Positions 56,656 to 64,000 of a stretch of DNA of 64,000 bases are shown here, in pieces. The stretch covers positions 1 to 64,000 of the forward strand of contig JBMNFY010000008.1 of NCBI GenBank assembly GCA_050949565.1, given 5' to 3'. Within the stretch, counting starts at the first letter, position 1. Each line of letters starts with the position of its first letter. Made by a program: the position numbers and the translations under genes. Below the pieces are notes generated by a model. It searched no databases. It was not told the DNA's origin and saw only the letters and a list, made by a program, of their open reading frames with translations. The DNA is from Kiritimatiellia bacterium (GTDB lineage Bacteria; Verrucomicrobiota; Kiritimatiellia; RFP12; UBA1067).

Positions 56656-58839
56656 CTACCGGATGAACAGCAGCTCTTGATAGGTCGGCAGCGGCCAGAG
56701 CGTGTCATCGACCAGCCCCTCCAGTGCGTCGGCCAACTCGCGCACGCGCTCCATGGCCGGCATCACTTTCTCGCGCATGTAGCGCGCATGGCCAGCCTTG
56801 CAGGCGTGATGCGTTTCCGCCTCACGCGAGATCTCGGCCAGTTGGTTGAGTTCTTCCTGCAGGCTGACGGTCAGACGGCTGACCTCGGCCAGCGTTGAGG
56901 TGTCAACCGGCAGATCAAGCTGGCGCAGCTTCAGCGCGGTGTCGGCAAGGCTTCCCTGCGCCTGACTGACGGCCGGCAGGATCAGGGTGCGGCCGATCTC
57001 TTGCGTCAGACGCGCCTCGACCGTGATATCCTTGATGTAGCGCTCCAGACTGATCTCGTAACGGGCGCGCAACTCGCGTTCGGACAAAACCCCCTGCCGC
57101 GCCATGGTCGCGATGGTTTCCGGCGCCACATACTGCGCCAGCGCATCAACTGCCGAGGGAATGTTTTGCAAACCGCGCCGCGCCGCTTCCTCGTGCCAGG
57201 CGGCGGTGTAGTTGTCGCCGTTAAACACGATCTTGCCGTGCGCGTCCCACACCTCTTTGACCACGGCCTGCACCGCCGCGTTGAGACGTTCGGGGTCGCC
57301 GTTGACGCGCGTCTCCAACTCCGTGGCCAGAAAATCGAGCGAGTCCGCCACGATCGCGTTCAACACCATGAGCGGACCGGAGACCGATTGGCTGGCGCCG
57401 ACGGCGCGGAACTCAAACTTTCCTTCGGTGAAGGCAAAGGGGCTGGTGCGATTGCGGTCGCTCTTCTCTGTCATCAACGGGGGCAGGCTGTTCACGCCGA
57501 GCGCCAGCGCCTTCTTGCCGCGGTGCAGCACATGCGACGTACTGGCCGCGACCCGCTCGAACAGCTCGGTCAGATGATCGCCCAGGAAGATCGAGATGAT
57601 CGCCGGCGGCGCTTCGCACGCGCCGAGTCGGTGGTCGTTGCCTGCGTGCGCGACCGACGCACGCAGCAGCGGGCCGTGGAGCGAGACCGCCCGGATCACG
57701 GCCGCGCAGAACACCAGAAAGCGCGCGTTGGCCTCCGGCGTCTCGCCGGGATTGAGCAGGTTGGCGGTCGCGGTGTTGAGCGACCAGTTGACATGCTTGC
57801 CGGACCCGTTCACGTCGGCAAAAGGCTTTTCGTGCAGCAAACAGACGAAGCCATGCTTGGCGGCCGTGCGTTGCAGAATCGCCATCACAAGATGCTGGTG
57901 GTCTGCGGCGATGTTGGCCTGCTCGAAGATCGGCGCGATTTCGAACTGTCCCGGCGCGACTTCGTTGTGGCGCGTCTTGATCGGCACCCCAAGGCGGATG
58001 AGATCTTGCTCGCATTCGATCATGTAGGCCAGCACGCGCTCATGGATCGCGCCGTAATACTGATCTTCCAGTTCCTGACCTTTGGGCGGCTTGGCACCGA
58101 ACAGAGTGCGCCCCGCGCTGATCAGGTCCGGACGCAGCAGAAAAAGCCGCCGGTCGATCAGGAAATACTCCTGTTCGCAACCCGCGTTGGCGTCCACCTT
58201 CTGTTCAGGTTCGCCGAACAGCGTCAGGATGCGCCGCGCGTGGCGGTCGACCGCCTGCATCGAGCGCAAGAGCGGCGTCTTCTTGTCGAGCGCGTCGCCG
58301 TTCGAGGCGCAAAACGCACAGGGGATAAAGAGCGTGCGACCGCCGGCCGCTTCGAGAATGTAGGCGGGGCTGGTCACATCCCATGCCGTGTAGCCGCGCG
58401 CCTCAAAGGTCGCGCGCAGTCCGCCAGAGGGCAGGCTGGAGCCGTCGGCCTCGCCGCTGACAAGCTGTTTGGCCGAGAACTTGGCAATGGCGCCGCCGTG
58501 TCCGTCGGGCTCCAGGAAGCTGTCGTGCTTTTCTGCGGTCAAACCGGTGAGCGGATAAAAGACATGGGCGTAGTGGGTGGCGCCGTTTTCAATCGCCCAG
58601 TCGCGCATGGCCTCGGCCACCGTCCCTGCGACCGACACATCGAGCCGCTCGCCGAGATCGATCGTGCGCCGCACCTTGAGGTAGACCGATTCCGGCAGAC
58701 GTTGCCGCATCACATCGTCGTTAAAGACACAACTGCCGAATGCCTGCTGTGCGGCGCGAAAGGCACCGATCTCCGCGTGCGCGAAGCGCGACGGAACAGC
58801 GGCGATTGACTGGATAGCGGCATATCGAGTATTCATCAC
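56656..58839 (-). CDS. glnA: Glutamine synthetase type III
   Basis: [51 protein letters not shown]. Confidence 0.95.
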   Translation of the reverse strand: MMNTRYAAIQSIAAVPSRFAHAEIGAFRAAQQAFGSCVFNDDVMRQRLPESVYLKVRRTIDLGERLDVSVAGTVAEAMRDWAIENGATHYAHVFYPLTGLTAEKHDSFLEPDGHGGAIAKFSAKQLVSGEADGSSLPSGGLRATFEARGYTAWDVTSPAYILEAAGGRTLFIPCAFCASNGDALDKKTPLLRSMQAVDRHARRILTLFGEPEQKVDANAGCEQEYFLIDRRLFLLRPDLISAGRTLFGAKPPKGQELEDQYYGAIHERVLAYMIECEQDLIRLGVPIKTRHNEVAPGQFEIAPIFEQANIAADHQHLVMAILQRTAAKHGFVCLLHEKPFADVNGSGKHVNWSLNTATANLLNPGETPEANARFLVFCAAVIRAVSLHGPLLRASVAHAGNDHRLGACEAPPAIISIFLGDHLTELFERVAASTSHVLHRGKKALALGVNSLPPLMTEKSDRNRTSPFAFTEGKFEFRAVGASQSVSGPLMVLNAIVADSLDFLATELETRVNGDPERLNAAVQAVVKEVWDAHGKIVFNGDNYTAAWHEEAARRGLQNIPSAVDALAQYVAPETIATMARQGVLSERELRARYEISLERYIKDITVEARLTQEIGRTLILPAVSQAQGSLADTALKLRQLDLPVDTSTLAEVSRLTVSLQEELNQLAEISREAETHHACKAGHARYMREKVMPAMERVRELADALEGLVDDTLWPLPTYQELLFIR

Positions 58840-58857
58840 GTCAGACGGTCTCCCGGA

Positions 58858-59367
58858 TCAGGCCTGTCGCGGCTGGCGCAAATCCAGCGCCATCGCGATT
58901 TCAGGACAAGTGAAAGGGTTGGCGTGTTTGGTGCAGTTGATGCACCCCATGTAAAGTTTGTGCATGACCTGAGTCTTGGGAATGATCTTGAAACCGAGGG
59001 TCTCGAAAAACTTCGGCGCAAAGGTCAATACGATCGCCTGCGCAGGCTCGAAGCGCCGCACCTCATTCAGGATACGCGTGACGATTTGCGTGCCGACGTG
59101 CGTGCGGCGGTAGGCCTGCAACACCGCGACCGACTGGATTTCAACCGCGGCACGTTCCGGCTCGCCGATCTCCGGCAGGATCTTCCAAGCGGCGCACCCC
59201 ACTACGTTCCCGTCGATCTCACAAACTACGAACCGGTCAATGTTCTGGACAATATCACCGATCGGTCGCGAGATCAGGTCATCCTGGTGACTGCGGATCA
59301 GTTCAAAAATCTGTACCGCGTCGCGAAGGACAGCGGCCCGGATCAGATGGGTTTTCTGTGTTTCCAT
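58858..59367 (-). CDS. GNAT acetyltransferase (short ArgA-like amino-acid N-acetyltransferase)
   Basis: EIQSVAV...VGTQIV; LTFAPKFFETLGF; C-terminal CINC...CPE. Confidence 0.75.
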   Translation of the reverse strand: METQKTHLIRAAVLRDAVQIFELIRSHQDDLISRPIGDIVQNIDRFVVCEIDGNVVGCAAWKILPEIGEPERAAVEIQSVAVLQAYRRTHVGTQIVTRILNEVRRFEPAQAIVLTFAPKFFETLGFKIIPKTQVMHKLYMGCINCTKHANPFTCPEIAMALDLRQPRQA

Positions 59368-59412
59368 GAATGGCCTCTACGATACCCTTTCAGTCCACTC
59401 CGCCTCAAGCAG

Positions 59413-59481
59413 AAACACGAAGGCGCGAAGGTTGTTTGGGGGCAGGGTTGGCCGCAAATCACACGTCACGAGTCGCGAGTC
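59413..59481. repeat. Diverged copy of the unit 4/5 junction of the 20140 array
   Basis: cacgaaggcgcgaaggttgtttgggggcagggttggccgcaaatcacacgtcacgagtcgcgagtc. Confidence 0.6.
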
Positions 59482-59578
59482 AACATCTCTTATTGCGACC
59501 ACGCAGTGGCTCGCAATGATGAGTGTAAAAGTGGCGGCCCCACAAATCTCCCGCAGTTTCTCCACCGAGCAGTGCCTT

Positions 59579-60637
59579 TCATGGTTCAGCGCGGGACGAA
59601 TACAGAGAACGGGCCGCGGCAATTTGATCAACCTGTTCTTCGTGCAGTTTCTCGAACTGCGGCAACGTCTTAACCCACGGTGCGGCGAGGAACCCCTGGA
59701 TGTTATCCGGTGCGCATGTTTTTTTGATGAACTTCGCCGTTGCGGCCATGTTTTCCGGCGTTGACCAGTTCGATCCCGTCGGCACCTGATCGAACCCCGC
59801 CTCGTCCAGCCATACGTAGGCGTTGCCATACGCCTTACGGTTTTGGGGCTTGTCGAGGTCAATCTCGCTGAGTCCGTAGTACCAGTTCGATTGGAGAACG
59901 CTTTTCGGCATGCGCTTCAGGAATTCGTCCTTCGCGTGCCAAATCTTGTCGCTCCAGCACCAAGCGCGAACGCCGCGTTTCTCGACCTCTTTCACGATGA
60001 AGAGGAAATCATGCCACCACAGGTCGCCCTGGCGGACGATGGCGATGGAATGACTCTGCTGGTGCTTGGCGGTCTCTTCGTCGAATCCGATATGGAAATA
60101 GCGCGGCGTATCGAAAGTCTCAATCACGTCCGCGATCACATCCGCGCAGACCTGATAATATTTCGGCGTCGAGACCATCTTGTGATAATCCTTGAGCCAG
60201 ATGTCGTGCGTCGTGGAGAAATTGAGCTTGGGGATCGGCTCCAGCCCCTTAGTGCGCAACTGTTCCAACTTTCGTCGGAAACGCTCGACGCTCCACGTTC
60301 CCTTCACCGCCAGTTCCGGGTGGCTGGGATAGTACAACGCCTCTTCCAGATCGATGACAATGGTATTGAGCCCTTTCGCCACCATGCGGTCGGTGATGCG
60401 GTCGAAAACGCCTTCGTCGAAGCGCACATGATCCGCCGCCGTCATCAGCTTGATGTCATCGCCCTGATACTTCCCCCACTTCTCGACAGGAATGTCGCTC
60501 TGGATATTCACGCCGAAGTGCAGCAAGATGGCCCACATGAATTCCGGTTGCGGCCGCACTGCCGCCGATTGGAACGTAGAACACCCTGCGGCCGCAGCCA
60601 GACCGGTTCCGATAAACGCTCGTCTTGTCACGTCCAT
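59579..60637 (-). CDS. Tat-exported GH20-like TIM-barrel protein
   Basis: TRRAFIG twin-arginine signal; YFHIGFDEE; IPKLNFSTTHD. Confidence 0.75.
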   Translation of the reverse strand: MDVTRRAFIGTGLAAAAGCSTFQSAAVRPQPEFMWAILLHFGVNIQSDIPVEKWGKYQGDDIKLMTAADHVRFDEGVFDRITDRMVAKGLNTIVIDLEEALYYPSHPELAVKGTWSVERFRRKLEQLRTKGLEPIPKLNFSTTHDIWLKDYHKMVSTPKYYQVCADVIADVIETFDTPRYFHIGFDEETAKHQQSHSIAIVRQGDLWWHDFLFIVKEVEKRGVRAWCWSDKIWHAKDEFLKRMPKSVLQSNWYYGLSEIDLDKPQNRKAYGNAYVWLDEAGFDQVPTGSNWSTPENMAATAKFIKKTCAPDNIQGFLAAPWVKTLPQFEKLHEEQVDQIAAARSLYSSRAEP

Positions 60638-60822
60638 TTTACTCCCTTTCTTTTCGAGAAACCTTCTCCGCACGAAGATTGTCAAAAAGCTTGCTCCTGA
60701 TCCTCAAACGCGCAGGCATTGTATAACAAATCGTATGGTTTGAATACGCTTGAATTAGGGACGGGGGGTGTAGTAAGGTTGGCACCCATCACGACCTGAT
60801 ACCACACGTCTACTGACCACTT

Positions 60823-62004
60823 ATGAAGCCGATCTATTTTGACAATAATGCCACGACCTGCATCGCTCCCGAAGTGCGCGACGCGATGATGCCGTTTTTC
60901 AATGAGCTATACGGCAACCCCTCCAGCATGCATATGTTCGGCGGCCAGGTTGCCAAGCATGTGCAGCACGCGCGCGAACGCGTGGCCGCCTTCCTTAACG
61001 CGGACCCCACCGAGATCATCTTTACGAGCTGCGGCACCGAAAGCGACAACATGGCAATCCACGGCACCGCTGAGCTGCTAGGCCCGCAGTCCAAGGTCAT
61101 CACCTCGCGCGTCGAGCACCCGGCCGTTCTGGGGCCCTGCCGCCGTCTCAAAAACATGGGGCACCGCGCGATCGAGCTGCCGGTGGACACGTCGGGACAG
61201 ATCGACCTCGAAGCGCTGCGCGATGCGCTGAAGGACGGTACGCCCGCGATCGTCAGCTTGATGTGGGCCAACAACGAGACCGGCGTGATTTTCCCGATGG
61301 AGAAGATCGTTGAAATCGCCAAAGAGGCAGGTGCCATCATCCATACCGACGCCGTGCAGGCTGCGGGCAAGCTGCCGATCGACGTAAAGCGCGTGCCGGT
61401 CGACATGCTTTCGATTTCCGGTCACAAGCTGCATGCACCCAAGGGCATCGGCATCTTCTACCTGCGTCGCGGCACGCGCCTCAAGACCTTCATGCTCGGC
61501 GGCCACCAAGAGAGCGGACGGCGCGGCGGCACGGAAAACGTGCCGTACATCGTGGGGCTCGGCAAGGCCGTCGACCTCGCGGCGGCGTATATGGATGAGG
61601 AGCGGCGTACGCTCGCGCGCCTGCGCGACAAACTGGAGAACGGCCTGCTCGCCACCTGCCCAGACGCGCGTGTCAACGGCGACCGCATGAACCGTCTGCC
61701 CAACACCACCAACATCAGCTTCGAATATATCGAGGGCGAGGCCATCCTGTATCACCTGAGTGATCTGGGCATCTGCGCGTCGACCGGCTCAGCCTGCGCG
61801 ACCGGCTCGCTCGAACCGTCGCACGTGATCCGCGCGATGGGCGTGCCGTTCACGGCGGTTCACGGCTCGGTGCGCTTTTCACTCAGCCGCTACAACACGG
61901 AAGCGGAAGTGGACACCGTACTTGAACACATGCCGCGCATCGTGCGCAAACTGCGCGACCTCTCGCCCTTCGGCAAGGGCGATACGTTGCCGGTGGAGTT
62001 GTAA
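60823..62004 (+). CDS. nifS: Cysteine desulfurase
   Basis: YFDNNATT, ANNETG, SGHKLHAPKG, STGSAC. Confidence 0.95.
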   Translation: MKPIYFDNNATTCIAPEVRDAMMPFFNELYGNPSSMHMFGGQVAKHVQHARERVAAFLNADPTEIIFTSCGTESDNMAIHGTAELLGPQSKVITSRVEHPAVLGPCRRLKNMGHRAIELPVDTSGQIDLEALRDALKDGTPAIVSLMWANNETGVIFPMEKIVEIAKEAGAIIHTDAVQAAGKLPIDVKRVPVDMLSISGHKLHAPKGIGIFYLRRGTRLKTFMLGGHQESGRRGGTENVPYIVGLGKAVDLAAAYMDEERRTLARLRDKLENGLLATCPDARVNGDRMNRLPNTTNISFEYIEGEAILYHLSDLGICASTGSACATGSLEPSHVIRAMGVPFTAVHGSVRFSLSRYNTEAEVDTVLEHMPRIVRKLRDLSPFGKGDTLPVEL

Positions 62005-62200
62005 AACGCAGAACGTTGAACGTAGAACGCAGAATGCAGAACGCAGAACGCGAAACGCAGAACGTTGAACGCAGAACGCAGAACGTTGAACGCAGAACGT
62101 AGAACGCAGAACGCGAAACGCAGAACGTTGAACGCAGAACGCAGAACGTAGAACGCAGAACGCAGAATGGAGAACGCAGAACGCAGAATGGAGAACGGGA
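62005..62200 (+). repeat. Heptamer tandem tract (GAACGCA / GAACGTN variants)
   Basis: More than 25 seven-base units directly after the nifS stop. Confidence 0.95.
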
Positions 62201-62205
62201 GAAAA

Positions 62206-62649
62206 ATGGCAGAGAAAACATACGACTTGGAAGAGCGTCTTCTGAACTATGCGGTGCAGATTGTGCGGCTGGTCGAAAAGCTGCCGAATACGCGGGCGGG
62301 CAACCACATCGCCGGCCAACTGCTTCGCTCCGGCACCTCTCCCCTGCCCAATCACGGAGAAGCGGAAGGCGCGGAGTCCCGCAATGATTTCATCCACAAG
62401 TTGGGAATATGCCACAAAGAGTTGCGCGAGTCGTACCGCTGGCTAAAACTGATCCAGCGCGTACCGCTTCTGCCGCCTACGGACACCGCCTTATTGGAAA
62501 CGTCCCTTCGTGAAACCGATGAACTGTTGCGAATTTTTATCTCGAGCAGTCGAACCGCCCGTGCCAACGCCTGCCGGGAAGAAACACCAGAGTATGAGGC
62601 CGAACGTCGAACGCAGAACGTAGAACGCAGAACGCAGAACGCAGAATGA
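62206..62649 (+). CDS. Four-helix-bundle protein (23S rRNA IVS-protein / bAvd-like family)
   Basis: YDLEERL...QLLRSGTSPLPNHGEA...SRNDFIHKLGICHKELRESYRWL; tail encoded by heptamers. Confidence 0.9.
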   Translation: MAEKTYDLEERLLNYAVQIVRLVEKLPNTRAGNHIAGQLLRSGTSPLPNHGEAEGAESRNDFIHKLGICHKELRESYRWLKLIQRVPLLPPTDTALLETSLRETDELLRIFISSSRTARANACREETPEYEAERRTQNVERRTQNAE

Positions 62650-63213
62650 AGGATGGAGAATGGGGAACGTCGAACGCAGAATAAAGGATGGAGAATGGGG
62701 AACGGGGAACGCAGAACGTCGAACGCAGAACTTTAAACGCAGAACGAAAAACACTTCGACGTTCTGAGTTCTGAATTCGACGTTCTGAGTTCCTGCCGTC
62801 TTTGCCCGCGTGCATGCGGCGCGGATCGCCTCGTGGGCCAGTTCGGCTACTGCCGGGCGGGCGTGCTGCCGCGTGTTTTCCGTTACGGCGCGCACTTCGG
62901 CGAAGAGCCGCCACAAATCATACCCATCAGAGACTTAAAGAACCTCGACACCTACACCAAACACTTTCTCTTGAAAACGCCGGAGCTTCCGTCTACAGTT
63001 GACCGCGTGCGAACGTCGAGCTCAGAACACAGAACGCAGAACGTCGAACGCAGAACGTCGAACGCAGAACACAGAACGCAGAATGAAGGATGGAGAATGG
63101 GGAACGCAGAGCACAGAACGCAGAACGCAGAATGTAAAACGCAGAACACAGAACGCAGAACGCAGAACGAAAAAAACTTCGACGTTCTGAGTTCTGAGTT
63201 CGACGTTCTGAGT
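62600..63213. repeat. Two heptamer tracts, each followed by an inverted heptamer tract, enclosing a duplicate of the radical SAM gene 5' end
   Basis: Tracts at ~62600-62750 and ~63010-63170; inverted ttcgacgttctgagttctga; 161-bp direct repeat 62753-62913 vs 63176-63336. Confidence 0.9.
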
Positions 63214-64000
63214 TCCTGCCGTCTCTGCCCGCGTGCATGCGGCGCGGATCGCCTCGCGGGCCAGCTCGGCTACTGCCGGGCGGGCGTGCTGCCGCGTGTT
63301 TTCCGCTACGGTGCGCATTTCGGCGAAGAGCCGCCAATCACCGGGACGCGCGGTTCGGGCACCGTCTTCTTCTCGCACTGCACGATGCGCTGCATCTACT
63401 GCCAGAATCATCCGTGGAGCCAAGCTGGACATGGCGATGACCTCACGGTGGAAGTGCTACGCGATATTCTCGCGCAGCTTGCACGGCAGGGTTGCCACAA
63501 CTGGAACCTGGTCTCCCCTACCCCATGGCTGCCGCAGATCCGCGAAGCGGCGAAGCCGCTACTTCGCGCTGGAATCGCCCTCCCATTTGTGTATAATACG
63601 TCGGGTTACGAATCACTAGAGACATTGGAGGCTTTTGCCGACTTGGCGGACATTGCGTTGATTGATCTGCGCTATGCCCGGGCCGAGAGCGCGGCGGAAG
63701 GTTCCGATGCGCGGACGTACGTCGAGGCGGCGCGCGGTGCGTTGCGGTGGTTCTGGGAGCGTCTGGGACCGCTGGAGACCGACGCCTCGGGAATCGCTGT
63801 GCGCGGCGTGATCTGCCGGATCTTGGCGTTGCCGGGGCGTATCGCCGAAGCGGTGGAGAACCTCGAATGGCTGGCGCGGCATACGGGCAGCGGTATCCAC
63901 GTCAGTGTGATGTCGCAATACACGCCGTTGCACCGCGCGTTGCAGACGCCGGGCTGGGACCGCAAGGTCTCGGCTGACGAATACGCGGTACTGGTGGAGG
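63097..64000 (+). CDS. PflX-like radical SAM protein (runs off the window end; absent from the ORF track)
   Basis: Manual translation: SCRLCPRACGADR...HFGEEPPITGTRGSGTVFFSHCTMRCIYCQN...WNLVSPTP...VYNTSGYE; start codon uncertain. Confidence 0.88.
   Translation, partial: MGNAEHRTQNAECKTQNTERRTQNEKNFDVLSSEFDVLSSCRLCPRACGADRLAGQLGYCRAGVLPRVFRYGAHFGEEPPITGTRGSGTVFFSHCTMRCIYCQNHPWSQAGHGDDLTVEVLRDILAQLARQGCHNWNLVSPTPWLPQIREAAKPLLRAGIALPFVYNTSGYESLETLEAFADLADIALIDLRYARAESAAEGSDARTYVEAARGALRWFWERLGPLETDASGIAVRGVICRILALPGRIAEAVENLEWLARHTGSGIHVSVMSQYTPLHRALQTPGWDRKVSADEYAVLVE

Noticed and set aside
62753-63336. DGR TR/VR pair next to an Avd-like four-helix-bundle gene
   Set aside because: All 7 mismatches are transitions, including C/T in both directions; there is no A-to-N pattern and no adjacent RT within the window.
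61879-63432. Minus-strand ORFs rich in FCVLRSA
   Set aside because: Translations of the heptamer tracts and of the pflX antisense strand.

Overview
GC-rich bacterial chromosome window. Gene content and the C-terminal motifs of secreted proteins suggest an anaerobic PVC-superphylum organism, Kiritimatiellae/Lentisphaerae-like (inference). The backbone carries PTS-IIA/CBS plus an ArsB/NhaD transporter, a SWIM-SNF2 helicase, tadA, a multimeric Hnd/Hyd-type [FeFe]-hydrogenase operon, nifU, mazG, PPi-PFK, an EPS locus (wza, beta-barrel, O-antigen ligase, wzc, rmlB, rmlA), tadC-FHA-PEGA-hrpB, dapA-dapB-folK-uxaE, mutY, glutamine synthetase III, nifS and a PflX-like radical SAM gene. The accessory layer has three IS4-family copies, two MITE families, two toxin-antitoxin modules, a four-helix-bundle gene inside heptamer repeats and many short tandem-repeat 'triads'. 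The best candidate for a new system is at 45141-46012. There the 3' half of a group II intron abuts a large secreted-protein gene whose signal peptide has no Met of its own. The intron carries consensus -35/-10 hexamers, an RBS and a GTG that reads in frame through ribozyme domains V-VI into that gene. Next most notable are a ~58-bp-period higher-order array at 20140-20406 and two cases of small cargo genes lying beside diverged duplicates of a host gene terminus. No rRNA, tRNA or CRISPR array was recognised. All coordinates and alignments were read by eye.
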